From NCBI GenBank assembly GCA_043228905.1, contig JBHGNT010000003.1:25606001-25670000 (forward strand): a stretch of 64,000 bases of DNA, written 5' to 3'. The position numbers and the translations under genes were made by a program. Position 1 is the stretch's first letter. Each line of letters begins with the position of its first letter. The notes below the pieces were generated by a model. That model did no database searches, was not told the DNA's origin, and saw only the letters and a program-made list of their open reading frames with translations. Shown in pieces: positions 1 to 13,487 of the stretch. Source of the DNA: Azolla caroliniana. Lineage: Eukaryota > Plantae > Polypodiophyta.

Positions 1-1867
1 TGTCAACCTGTAAATATAGCATCATAACTGTAAACCTACTTCCCATGATCAATTCACAATAAATTGACAACATATGTGGTACATTTTCATAGTTTCCATA
101 GTATCAGCACAAAAAATGGGAAAATCGACCAGGTATTAAGACCACTAAACTCATGCCCTTGAACCACTAAAAACATCTCCTGCTATATTATTAAAGAATT
201 TATGGTCCAGCGGTCTTCATCCAGATTATAAACTTTCTACTAAATGCCCACACATTTGGAGTATTTTCTCTAAATGTGCTATTATTTCATTGATGAAAAC
301 GGGAATGTGGATAAATGAGTTCATAAAGTTTGCCCAACACCACTAGCTGTTTTGGTCAGATCACTTGGTACTAGGATAACTAACCTCAAGCCCACCCTTG
401 TGTCAAAAATTTACATAATGCTTATGGAATTCCAGCATTTTCTCATAATTCCCTATTATTTAGGCATGAAAAGAACTATTAACAATAAATTGATATTAGT
501 AAATAAAATCTTTTGGGACCAATTTCATGCAGGACAAGAGTCTAGGTAAATGCCCTTATTGATGGCTTGACTAACATCATGCCCAGGAAACGAATTTCAC
601 ATAACGTTTTGGTATTTCTCATAATTTCATTGATGAAATAAGGAAACTGGGTCTGATCAGTGAAGAAATGTTTCCCCAAATACCGTTGTCTTGATCAGAC
701 GATTTTGTTAATAAAGTAACTCGCCTTGTGCCCTCCAAAATACAAATTTTCTATTTAACTCTTATAGACTTCATACATGAAAACATGAACCTCTCTTGAT
801 AAGTGAATAAACTTTAGCCTGGAAACTCTAGCTATGCTGTTTGCCTTGATGAGGTCATCGTTGATAAGATTACTAACCCCATGCCCCACATATTTGGGGT
901 GTTTTCTCACAATTTGCTAATATTTTAACATGCACGAGAAAAAGGAAGTTCGTTGTTGAAGTAAGAAAACTAACCTCATGCCCTTGATCCAAAAGCTCAA
1001 CAGCTGTGGACATACCAGCCAGACCAGCTCCGATTATAGCAACTTTCAACTTAGGTCCATTGTATTTTTCGGGCTCCGGTGGAAAAAGGCCTTTCGGAGC
1101 TGATAATAAAAGTAAAGAAATCATATATGCTTTTAATGTCACACACAAATCAGTATCTTTCTCCTTAAGACAACATATAAAAATTGTTCATGCATCTTGT
1201 TTCTACACTGAATGTCACGGATATATACATATTAGCATTCTTCTGTGATAATACAAAAAAGGGCAGAATTGTACATAAATCTACCAGTTTCGATTATATC
1301 TTTGTCATGAATTACATATCTTACCTATATAATTTATTTCCTATAAGACAAAATCTAATCTTACATATATAATTTAAGTTTGCACATAGAACCTTACATC
1401 GCACAAGACACATGCAACGTTATCTTGCAAAACCTTAGATTACAATTACAATAGAATCTAACTCAACGTGTACAGCCATATGTTGCACAACAGAATCTTT
1501 CACGAAGAAAATCTTTTTGAATGGAATTTTTAAACAGCATAACCTTTATAATGTTTTTGAATACAGGAAGATGCTTACATTACGCATGGAGGAATAGTTC
1601 AGGATCCTCACCTTTTCTGCTCATATCAGAGACTTTGGTTTTCAAAGCGCTCCCCCAAGTAGGCAACACTCCGTTCCTTCTTCTCTCATGACATTTGACT
1701 TCCTGCCGGTGATGAGGATGTGCAGAGAACAGGAGATGGCTTGTATGATGACTCCACAGACTACACGTTCTGCTACTGGGGAGACAGGGCGTGCTGTAGA
1801 GGAAGGGAGAGGTTGCGGAAGAAGAAGAAGGAGGAGAAGAAGAAGAAATGGGCGGTGCCATCGCCAT
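1..1867 (-). CDS. ZDS: Zeta-carotene desaturase, 5' part (continues beyond the left edge)
   Basis: Exons 1867-1612, 1099-975 and 7-1, with GT-AG introns. They join to a Ser-rich transit peptide then ...[50 protein letters not shown], which matches the plant ZDS N-terminus with a GxGxxG FAD-binding motif. Confidence 0.93.
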
Positions 1868-3468
1868 CAAAGGTGAAGAAAGAACCGATCAAGGAAAGAG
1901 GTCTGTCTAGTCCGCCTTCCCCTCCCTTCACGATTAGATAATGTCTGGACTCTTCTTCATTGAATTATATTGTCTAACAAATTTATTGATTTATTGATTT
2001 ATTGAATTTATGTATGTTTATTTGTTAATACTTGGTTGTTACTGCTGCTACTTTTGTTTTCCTTTTATTTATATCGAATTGCTAAATCAGCCATTTACTT
2101 CTTTATAGTCAATTACACTCGAAATAGTCCGTCTTTTTATTGCTAATTCATCTAACCTTGTATTACTTCGTAATTAGCTCACGTACTCCTACTTCCTTGC
2201 TAATACAATTAGCATCATAATCGATATCATAATGACTACTTATTATGGCTAACACAAATATTCATATTGATCCTAATCTGATTAATTCATCCAATGTTAA
2301 GGATGACTAACTAGCTTTATTAGTTAGAGGGATTCGTTCCCTTGTTGATTTCGATACCTACAGCCAATTAGTCCCTTTAGTAATTGTACTTGATCTTTTA
2401 ACCTTAATTAGTTATCAAAGTTATTAGTTTTCCAAATTATAGACAAATCAACTATATTGTGTCACGTGAATTTCTTTACTAAATAAAGTATGGGTCCCAT
2501 ATTAGGCATAACTTTTTTACTCTATTTGTAGGAAACATATGTAAAAAGCAGGGATATTTTTAAAATTGCTGAATGGTTAGGGGGTAGTCACGTAATTTAA
2601 AATAAGCATAGCAAGAGTGTAACGATATATTGGTGTTTGTTCAATTAATTAATGAACCCCTTTCATTAACCATCTAACTAAGTCATTTGATTGAGCAAAA
2701 TTGCTAATATGCCTTCTATTTAATCACTTGAAGTAGAAAGTACTAAAGGGACATAGACAAAGCTTCAGTACATAAATTAGACTATCAGTTCATCATTATG
2801 TATTGTTCTAGATCAAAATAACCTCTAATACTCTAGAAAATCAAGAATATCAAATGCATCAACTGGATCGGCAAAACTGAGGTTTTGGAATAAAGTGAAT
2901 ATTTAGAACAGGGAAAGCATATTTATGGATCAAGAGAATATAACTTATAAAATTGAATCAAATCCATCTCTTCAGCCATAATCTAATCAATTACTCACAA
3001 CCTACTTTAGGTTCCTTACAACACCATGGAAGACAAAAGAATGGTTTAGGTCCAATGCAACGAAATTTTGGATCAAAATGAGAAAGCTTCCAAGAATTTT
3101 AAGTTCAGCTATTTACCGTGTGCTAATTTATAATCTACGTGCTGATGATCATTAACAAGTTTCCAAAAAGGTACAATCTCAGATTGCCATGAGTTATCTT
3201 AATATTGGAATCCATCATCATCACCATAATGATATATAAAATAAAAATGATGAATAGAGAAACATTAATGAAGTTGCTTTGCCAGTAGTATTTTACTTAT
3301 TCACTGTGAAGAACAGAAATGCCAGTGGCATGGCCCTTTCTAGAACTTTCCAGTACGAAATGATGGCAACCACGATTAATTTTTGTAGAAATTTAGAATT
3401 ACAAAGAATATATATACATATATGTACATAAATGAGACTTTAGTCTCTCGAAGGGCAAACTCATACTT

Positions 3469-6400
3469 CTAGAACTGAAAATGCCATAGCCGTATACTAC
3501 CATCGGGATGAGTGGTCACGAATCTTGTCATCCCGGCTCTTAAACAAAGTATTGGGAGCCGTTGTTCTCCAGGTATTTTCTCTAGAAGTGTGTCTAAGTT
3601 CACATCCACTAGCCCATTATCACCCGCAAATGATTTAAATGATAATGATCCCTCTGCTCGTATTTCTTTCCGGAGGACACAATCCTTTCCTCTTCGAGTC
3701 ACAGCACAATGCTTCAGCATAGAGCCAGACTCTGAATCTAGGAGAGTGATGATGCCATTAATACTCCCTACATAGAGCGTGGTTGCATCATAGGATGCCA
3801 TATGAAGAGACGTGATCGAGCTGGGTGCTACCCGGACACTCCAAAGTGACTGTTTAGTCCTGACAATAATAATAACCATGGTAATGCATTGACAAAATTC
3901 ATGTGATAATGTTATAAAGACATAGATTACTAGGTAATTAATGGATTTGAGTGAAAATTTTAAAAAATGATTTACATATATAGACCCTTCGAGTACCTCA
4001 GATTCCATGCATGAACACCTCCTGTTGTGGTACCAGCTAAAAGCATGTTTTCTTCACTACAAACATGCAGGCAAACAACACCTGGAAATTTTAAACCTTT
4101 TAGGTTCCAGTGTTTGGAGAGTCTGGTAAATACTCATTTTCTTTCGATTGTTCTACATCCTATTGTCCGCATGAAAAATACATCATATGAGATACATGTT
4201 AACTATATGAGTCTACAAAAGTATTATTATTTTATGAAGGGTTATAGACTTCACCTATAGAAAACACTATAATTAAAGTATGGTGTAAACCATAGAATCA
4301 ACAGCCAGAGATACTTAGTGACAAAGAACACTTTCAGTACAAGCTGGAAATTTGATTCAGAACATCAAAATTAATATAAACGAAACCTTAAGTATAGCGT
4401 CCTTTCAGTAATTCAGATGCAGTTGTGAGTGTTCCACATACATACCTCTAGGTGGTGAAGATGGGAGAAGACAGTTCAACTTCTCTCCTGTCATCATGTC
4501 ACACAAATGCACATTGCCATCTGCAGATCCACTTGCTAAAAGGGAAGAATTAATATGAGCTGCAATACATGTCACACGATCTGAATGCTGTCTGCCAATA
4601 ACACTCCTATAGTTAATGTTTTGCACATAATATATTCCTCAGTGGAAACCCACAAAAAATGATTCCAATGAAATTAGCAGCAGACAATGTCTAAGAAGAC
4701 AAGATAGAGAGCATATATATGCTCATCTTTATCTTTTCACTCATAGAAAGTATGCATAATGCATGGATCGTCTTTATCTTTTGACACACAGCAGGCAACT
4801 AGGCCATTTATAGATAGATATGTAAACAGATAGATAGAAAAAGACAGAAGGATGACATGTAAGTCAGGGAAACCATATCAATCAGCAAAATCTATGATGT
4901 AAGAGAGCATAAAAAATCCAATACACAGATGCCTATATACTCAACAAGTGGCCATGTGGCAAACCAGTACAAGGATGGGTAGAAAAAAATTAAATCACTT
5001 ATTCAAACGAAATTTGTCAAAAATGATGAATACCTGAAAATTCGTGAGCAGCGACCACTGTACATATCAAACACCCTTATGGTTCCATCAGCACAACCAA
5101 CAAACACTTCAGGATCCACATAACTGTACATGATAGAATTTTTCTCCTTTTAGGAGAGGGCATTTAGCATAACATAAAATTTAATATAATTTGCTATCAT
5201 TAGAAAAGTAACAAGGTGTACATCAAAGTATTCTATCCTTTACACTTCTTATCATTACATTTTCTCCTCTTGCGGATCACAACATAAGATCATGTTTGCA
5301 ACCCTCAAAATTGAATAGTTTCAACATTACTAGAACATTAGTATATGGCATAGCCTCATATTCCTTATGTACCACATTGAATGTACAGGCCAATTGTTTG
5401 CCTTGATGTGACGAAGTAGCTGTCCTTTTCTGCGATTCCAAACATATATTTCAGTTGTACATACCACCAGGACCTGTTGCATATAGAGAGATATTCTAGA
5501 GTTACTTTGGCAAATATATTTTAATACTCTAATGGAATCAAAATAGAGCACTATTAGAGTTAGTTTTGGCATCCATAATTCCAAAAATACTCAATCGAAT
5601 CAAATATTTGAGTAGCCTCCAGGGATAACTTAATTGGTAGGTTATAACCTTGTTTTCATCAAAATCTAAATCAATCACTTTTAGCTTGTTGGGCACCGAA
5701 TAACTCTCAACACAATGTAAATCTCTGGTGGACCACGCATGCACCATCTGAATCATGAAAGAAACAAAATATTATTAAAATATAGTGGTACATACTTTTG
5801 CAAATATGGAACAAAAAAATGAATAGAATAGTCCAAAAGAAACCACATGGTTGCCAAAAAAGAACTAGGATAGGATTACCCCATCACTCGATCCTGTCAT
5901 AATTATCTCCATTTTAAATCTGCAACATTCAACTCTACACATGCAAACGAGGAAACACGTTAGATGCATCTATATTAATAAAAAATATGTGATTTGCATG
6001 AATTAATGGGTACTATGTGTCAATATGAGATATATACTTTTCCAATTCATGCATCGATATACAGTATAACATGAGGTAATAGAAACTGAATGAATTAAGT
6101 ATGTAACATGGATGGATGTATTAGATATAAGGTACTGTAGTCAAAGGAATTTTTTGTTATCATAGACGCAAACCATATATATAGTTTTCAATGTACACAT
6201 AAGATATGCATTGTGAAGGGAATATTATAATGAGGTTACCTGGTAGAATGCCCTTTACATTCTCTAACAAGAACTGAACCAAGCACAACCAACACTTTAT
6301 GGTGTTCTTTGACAAATTGAGCCTTCCAATCAGCTACTGCTCCAATTTCCCTTCTCAAAAACTTTAGGCTTTCCATATTCTCATCCTTGTGCGTAAGCTT

Positions 6401-7332
6401 TGCTATTAAGGTTTTCCTTGATTTCTCATAAATATCTTTCCACAGTGAAGAGTGTGTTACGATCACATTCCTGTTACAATAACCACACATGAGCGTAAAT
6501 TTGCTTCAATGGATCTCTATACGGTTGCCATAAATATTTCCAATTAATTAATTGTGTATATCAGAATATCCCTCAGTTTCTAAAACATAAAGGAGGCAGT
6601 AGGAATATTCTGCTCAATATTCACTAAGTTTAGGGCATTTTAGTGTATTTCTCGATTTGATTAATCACGGAGAGATTATCATTGAGCTACATTATGTTGC
6701 ATTATCCTTTTTAGGGAGGGTGGAATTGATCGTTTCTTTATTAAACTCGCATAAGGGATAGCCTCAAAGATTACCCTTAAAATTCCGACCGAGGGGAATT
6801 TTGAATATTTTCGTAAATTTGAACAAACGGGAAGGATTTATGCTTTGTTTTTCTCAATACCTGTGTATACCAACACAGGAGTAGTCTTGAGATTGCCCTT
6901 AAAATACGAGGAGAATTTTGATTATTTTCTCTTATTTCGACTAATCTTTGTTCTTTTCCCTCTCAAAATTGCCAAGGGGTTAGCCTCAATATTACCCATA
7001 AAAAATACAATGCCAGGATACACTGAATAATTTTCCCTAAATTCGACCAATGTTTGTTTTTCATTTTTCAAAATTCGCTGTGTCGATCGATACCTTAACA
7101 AAAACGACCGGAGAGACATTTTGAAATTTTTACAACACAAGATTAGAACACACTGTAACGGATGCAGAATGGACGAATGTGCGGAGAGATGTTTACAATA
7201 CCAGGACTTGCAGAGGGTGGAGATGCGAGCCAAATCATAGGGAGAGAGGAAGGAGAAGAGTGTGAGGAGAACATCATCGGTGAGGAGAGACAGGGCATGA
7301 GCAGGAGGAGCTCGCTTCTGCCTCCCGTCCAT
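3469..7332 (-). CDS. F-box/WD40-repeat protein (At3g52030-like), about 442 aa, 9 exons
   Basis: Exons 7332-7202, 6470-6240, 5934-5880, 5747-5649, 5473-5373, 5123-5034, 4591-4446, 4081-3997, 3859-3469. All introns are GT-AG and the total is 1329 nt in frame. N-terminal F-box (LLTDDVLLTLFSFLSPYDLARISTLCKSW) followed by WD40 repeats (IDLDFDENK, YVDPEVFVGCADGTIRVFDMYS, DGSIRLWHF). Confidence 0.88.
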
Positions 7333-7439
7333 TCGAGCCTCCTGTTCAAAACTTCAGAATGTAAGGAGAAAAACTGTCTCTCCACAGCCCACTCCACTCG
7401 GGCCTTACTTCATGATCCTGTCTAATAAATACATTGTAT

Positions 7440-8038
7440 GTACATAATACAATGTCTCTCTTCTCACTCACTTTTACTTCTACTTCATTAGCCTGTATTT
7501 GTATGTATGTATGTATGTATGTATGTATGTATTTGTATGTATTTGTATGTATGTATTTGTATGTATTTGTATGTATTTGTATGTATGTATTTGTATGTAT
7601 TTGTATGTATTTGTATGTATTTGTATGTATGTATGTATGAATATATGTATATATGAACTTCTTTCTCAAGCTCAATGAGGTCTTCTTAGGTTCCCATCTA
7701 GACCCTTGTTCCACCATGTATATATGTAATGTAATGCAATGTCTCTCTTCTCACTCACTTTTACTTCTACTTCATTAGCATGTATGTATGTATCTATGTA
7801 TGTATTTGTATGTATGTATGTATGAATATATGTATATATGAACTTCTTTCTCAAGTTGAGTGAGGTCTTCTTAGGTTCCCATCTAGACCCTTGTTCCACC
7901 ATGTATATATGTAATGTAATGCAATGTCTCTCTTCTCACTCACTTTTACTTCTACTTCATTAGCTTGTATGTATGTATGTATGTATGAACAGGGATCTTC
8001 TTAGGTTCCCATCTAGAACCTTGTTCCGCCATGTATAT
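7440..8038. repeat. Three-copy tandem repeat with an internal TGTA/TGTATT microsatellite of variable length
   Basis: Unit AATGTCTCTCTTCTCACTCACTTTTACTTCTACTTCATTAGC...(TGTA)n...TCTTCTTAGGTTCCCATCTAGA.CCTTGTTCC starts at about 7451, 7738 and 7923. Confidence 0.9.
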
Positions 8039-9729
8039 CGCTAGCCTATTATCAAGCTCAATGCCTTGGCTTCACGTGATTCTTGGCCCTTAGAAAGACC
8101 TTCAAACACTTACTTTGAACTTTCTCACATAACCTAGGTGTTGAGATACTATCATAGCATGCATCATCACACGAGTGCGAAGATATGCAAGGGATGTGAT
8201 GAAACCTTGGTGGAGGATGAATAGTCATTTCTCTCATGCTCAAAAACATAGACAGTAATTCTCAACACTTATCATGATTTGTTAGATGTGGATGATAATT
8301 TAAATGCCATACTCAATTTTCCATGAAGAAGGGCAAACACATATATTTATTTGTGCATTATTTCCTCATAAAGAGATTTTTCTACATATTTAGCAACCCT
8401 CCTTCTTAGGAAGGATTCATGTACAAGGTGATATGTTACATGATGTATTTTGATGACACAATGCAATGGCAATACCCAACTGTGTGATTGAGTGTAAGGG
8501 CTTTGAGAATAGAAATAGTTTTTTTATTGTCCACGAGGAGAACAAAGTTGACCTATGGGATCAAATACGATGACATGTATTTTGTCTATTTAGGATCCTT
8601 GGGCCATGATTGTACTCTTGGTAGATGCTAAACTTTCTAATTGTATTTCTCTCATATATTTGGCTCGATAGACATACAATATCTTCATTAAACTCCTTAT
8701 ATTGATATGAATCTTTGTTACACCGCATATCCCTTCGCTATGCTACAAGCCACAACTATGTATTAGACTAGCAACTTCATGATCTCCAAATAGTAGATAT
8801 AGTCATATGGTCTCATATCAACTATGCCCTCATGAACTTTACACACACTTTTACATTATCATCTCTATTATGTTTGAATCAAAGTCATAAATTTACACCA
8901 CCAAAAAAATTGCAAGTTGAGGTCTAACAAAGCTTATCTAGAGACAATATTAGCACCCATTGGAGTGAAACAATCCACTGTGTTTAATCTTTCCATTATT
9001 GACCAATTAGAAGAGTTAATCCAAGACATGTCAAGAAAAGACGACAAAAAAAACATATGTTGGGCAATTGATTAATCAAAACCTAAGATTGGATATGAGC
9101 AACCATGGCCGAGAGAATAAGATGTGCCATCACCTTGATGTGCATCCACTCTCACACATTGAAAATAGGAGACATATCATGTTGCGAAGCTTCATATGTG
9201 AGGACATCAATGATGCATGATTACCAAGAATTTCTATAAATTTTTTAAAGTGTTCAAGAACTCTTAACAAGGCTAAAACCATTGTCAATGACACTAGGCA
9301 TGCACTTTGTTGGCTTACTTAACTACTTGTTACTATAAAATGGGCTTTTCTATTCATATTTAGATGAATACTAAAAAGGGTAAGAAATCCCAAAAACAAG
9401 TTCTATAACTACATTTTTTCATTCATGATAGAACTTCCATCATTTTCCAAGAAGTGTTTAAAGTTCTAGCATTATGTAAGTAGCAATAGTTTTTGCAACA
9501 ATGTTTATGTAAAAGAATTATATATGCAATACTCATGAGTGTGGATATTCTTGACAAAAATCTTATGAAATGCTAGAAATATTAGCACTAAGGTAATGTC
9601 GAGAATATGAGCAATATCAAGGAAGCTTTGATATTTTGGACATTCTACACAAGTGTCAATAATTTTGATAATGTTGTGGCAAAGAAAATTCCAATATTCA
9701 CAGGGTAAATTATTTGCTTTAGAAACGAA

Positions 9730-10000
9730 ATGATCGAAACAATCACATGGGAAAGGTTGAATGTGTGCAAATTCACATGTAGAACCATGAGGGTAAGAAA
9801 AAGGATCAAAACAAGTCTATGGAAAGGGTAGGCATGCTTGAATCTAGCTTAGAAAAGAGAGGATCGAAACAACCACAAGCGGAGAGTTTTGAAAGTGTGT
9901 GAATTCACATGTACAACTACAAGGGGTAGAAAAATAAATCAAAGCGAGACTATTGGAAGGGTAGACACGCTTGAATACACATGTAGCAACCATGAGGGGC
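9730..10000. repeat. Degenerate ~130-bp tandem duplication
   Basis: GATCGAAACAA.CACA...AATTCACATGTA...GGAAGGGTAG.CA.GCTTGAAT occurs at about 9732 and 9862, with a partial third copy. Confidence 0.7.
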
Positions 10001-10268
10001 GTAGAAAATCCAACATGTGACGTAGACCATGCTTGTACACACTCATTTAAACCTTGTCTAAGGTGAGATTGTAGAAGATATACTATTTCTTGGGACCTCG
10101 TATAGTTGAATGGCAAGGATCGACGAAGAATGATCAATCTCCATTCACGAGGTTAGAAACGAGTCCAGAAACAAAGCAGTGTGAAAGTGCAAAATGACAT
10201 GTGCAAAGGTAGTTTCTTTTTGTTTGCTCTGGCTGTTTTGTGATTTTTAGCTTAGTTTAGTGCGTTGG

Positions 10269-10270
<2 letters not shown>

Positions 10271-10317
<47 letters not shown>
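10271..10317. repeat. (GT)n microsatellite
   Basis: Directly visible. Confidence 0.97.
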
Positions 10318-10318
<1 letters not shown>

Positions 10319-10654
10319 ATAGGAATCGGGAAGAAAATAAGAAGGTCACCTAACAAGAAGATGTGGGCATTTATAGAGTATATAGTACAGAAAGAAAGAT
10401 ATGTATATACAAAGTGCACACACACGTACTTAGATAGAGAAACAATGAAGATAAAAAACCAGAAAATTATAGCTAATTAATTTATTAGAAAATCACCTGA
10501 AATAAAACTAAGAATAGAAATAAAAAAAACTGACTCAATTGTAACACATATGTACATAGATATAACTACAAATCAAAATACAATTAAATATATAAACTAC
10601 GTAAAAGAAAGAAAAAGAAAAAGAAAACTCTAAATTAATTAATTAATTAATTAA

Positions 10655-10965
10655 AAATAATAAATAAAAATCCATATAATGGAATTGGGGGGAGGGGCGC
10701 ATATACATATGTATGTGTTTTGCAAGAATAAAGAAGTAAGAATAAATAAAACTCTAAACAAATCAATTAAATTAAAAAAATCCATATACAAATATATGGA
10801 ATCGGGGGGGGGGGGGGGATGCATGTATGATATGTATATGTGTTTTGCAAATTGCAATAATAAAAATAAATAAAACTATAAATAAATCAATTAAATAAAA
10901 ATTCCCTATATAAATGCATGGAATTGGGGGGAGTTCATGTGTATGTTGTATTTTTGCAATAATAT
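10655..10965. repeat. Three-copy ~120-bp repeat with G-tracts upstream of the fructokinase
   Basis: AAAATCC.TATA...ATGGAAT(T/C)GGGGG...ATGT...TTTTGCAA is repeated at about 10666, 10777 and 10898. The middle copy has a G15 run. Confidence 0.8.
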
Positions 10966-11033
10966 AGAGGTGTTATAAATCAGCCTAAAATAAATAAATA
11001 AATAAATAGATACAAAACGCCCTCATACTCCCA

Positions 11034-12125
11034 ATGGAACCTTCTCCTTCTGCCACCAATCTCTCCTCCACCACCACCAATACCAATACCAATTATACCA
11101 ATAGCAATGAGGCATCGATTGACGTGGTGTGTATGGGAGAGCTATTGATCGACTTCGTCCCCACCGTCTCGGGCCTCTCGTTGGCTGACACCCTGGCTTT
11201 CCAAAAGGCCCCCGGCGGTGCCCCCGCCAATGTAGCCGTCGCCGTCTCACGTCTTGGGGGCACCGCCTCCTTCATCGGGAAAGTCGGCGACGACAAGTTT
11301 GGCCGGATGCTCGCCTCCGTCCTCTCCACCAATGGGGTCATGACACGTGGCCTCCGCTTCGACCCGCACGCGCGCACTGCCCTCGCATTCGTCACCCTCA
11401 CACTCGCGGGCGAGAGGGAGTTTATGTTCTTCCGCAACCCTAGCGCGGACATGATGTTGATGGAGAGTGAGCTAGACTCGGGGTCGATCGAGCATGCCTG
11501 TATATTCCACTTCGGTTCCATTGGTTTGATCGCACAACCATGCCGGGGAGCTCAAATCGCTGCAGTTAAGCTTGCACGGGCCGCGGGCGCCATCCTCTCA
11601 TATGACCCCAATCTTCGGCTCCCGCTTTGGCCATCCGCTAATGAAGCACACTCTGGGATACTAAGCCTCTGGGAGGAGGCTGATATCATCAAGGTGAGCG
11701 AGGAAGAGATATGGTTCTTAGCCCGTGACCCGACCATAGAGGATGTGGACATGTCCACAAGGGACACCTCGGAGATCTACAATGCTGCCCGCAAATTGAT
11801 GCACCCCCGACTCAGGCTTCTGGTGGTCACCCTTGGGGCAGATGGTTGCCACTACTTCACGCCATTCTCCGAGGGCCATGTAGCTGGAATTGCGCTCCCC
11901 GAGGGGGCCGTGGTCGATACTACGGGTGCTGGAGATGCATTTGTGGGTGGCCTTCTCAAGAAGTTGTCCGAGGACATGGGGTTGTTGGAAGATGAGGCCC
12001 AGCTTAGGGATGCACTCCACTTCGCTAATGCTTGTGGTGCCATCACTACCACTCTTCGCGGTGCAATCCCTGCACTTCCTGACACCACAGCTGTACTCCA
12101 ACTCTTGGCGTCTTCCACCTCATGA
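11034..12125 (+). CDS. FRK: Fructokinase (PfkB family), single exon, 363 aa
   Basis: Uninterrupted ORF with plant FRK motifs GELLIDFVPT, APGGAPANVA, TALAFVTL..GEREFMFFRNPSADM, LSYDPNLRLPLWPS and the PfkB anion-hole motif DTTGAGDAF. Confidence 0.96.
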   Translation: MEPSPSATNLSSTTTNTNTNYTNSNEASIDVVCMGELLIDFVPTVSGLSLADTLAFQKAPGGAPANVAVAVSRLGGTASFIGKVGDDKFGRMLASVLSTNGVMTRGLRFDPHARTALAFVTLTLAGEREFMFFRNPSADMMLMESELDSGSIEHACIFHFGSIGLIAQPCRGAQIAAVKLARAAGAILSYDPNLRLPLWPSANEAHSGILSLWEEADIIKVSEEEIWFLARDPTIEDVDMSTRDTSEIYNAARKLMHPRLRLLVVTLGADGCHYFTPFSEGHVAGIALPEGAVVDTTGAGDAFVGGLLKKLSEDMGLLEDEAQLRDALHFANACGAITTTLRGAIPALPDTTAVLQLLASSTS

Positions 12126-13487
12126 ACCACATTTGTTTCTTCGTCTTATTCTTCTTCTTCTTCTTCTCTTGACATCATTCATAGGAAGTATAAATTGTAT
12201 AACCTTAACATATAAATAATCAACATCTCACGAGAATAAAGTGTAGCATAATGCTAGGCAAATCTTTCTAAGCTGATGACACCTTTTGCAAATCCTAATG
12301 GCCCGTTTGCTTGTGTTTCAATGTGTTTTAAGAAAATCCTATTGGAATCTAATGTAGAACATCATGTATGTCTGAGTTCGTGACTTCAAAACCCACATAG
12401 ATTACCAAACCAATGCATTTCTTTTTCACAAATGGCTTCAACCAGTTATGGGCTAAAAAACTGTTCCTTGTGTTCAGCAATGCTTGGAATGTTATGTCAT
12501 TTAATTCCAACTTTAGATTTTCCATTATTTACTATTTTATTTCTTATATTGCATTACCAGCTTCATAGATTCTTAGAAATGTAACTGGACATTATTATAT
12601 TGTCCTAAAATAACAGTCATCTTGGTAGAATTGATTACATGTAAGAGTCACTGAACTTGGTGTAATTGGTCTCACTGAACTTGAAGTCGATTCATTTCAT
12701 ACTGCATAAACAATTCCATTACAATTTCGCATCTGTCAAACAATAGCTTGTTAGATTCTACTTCCAATATGCCACTGCAGTTGTCTCAAACTCGGTTCCA
12801 TTAGGTCCATACTGTTCACATCTAGCAAAGAGCGACACGTGGAAGGAGTATTTTTAGCATGCCAGGATTCAGCTGGTTGTCAGAACCTAGATGTAAGAAG
12901 ATACAAATACTCGACTTTTGATTTCTCTATCCACATGTCCCTCATCATACATCTTTGCCACAACATACCAAATAATCACATTTTGCAGTTCCACACCCCA
13001 AGATTGGCCTTTACACCACATAAAGAGCTTGTGATTTTGAGAAAACTAGAGCTCAAAGGATGATTGGCATCCTCTAGGCATGAGAATATATCAACCCCGT
13101 CACACTAAAAATGTCCTGGCAACTCTTATGACCATTCAAACACACCTCATAAATCCCAAGAGCATTTCTGAAGATGTTAAAAATACCATTTGTTGTTTGA
13201 ACTCCTTTCCTAAAATATTTAAATATCATAGGCAGAGAAAATGGAAAAAATTTATTGTTATAAAGGAACACACATTCAATGACAACATCTCTTTACTACA
13301 TCACTTGATTCAGCTAATGGGAGGGGAGGGAGTTTCCCAAGGTACTGAAATTCATTAAAATCATGGCATAAATGACCTCAGTAAATTAACACGATGAGGC
13401 CCATTTAGACAACCATTCCTGAATCTTGATGGCCACAAAGAATAAAGAATTCTTTGTCAAAATTGTACAATATGGCTAAGCCCATAA

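Noticed and set aside
7346-7902. Paralogous-looking ORFs MVEQGSRWEPKKTSL
   Set aside because: They are a by-product of the tandem repeat and TGTA microsatellite.
11093-12130. Long antisense ORFs over the fructokinase
   Set aside because: Shadow ORFs are expected opposite GC-rich coding sequence.
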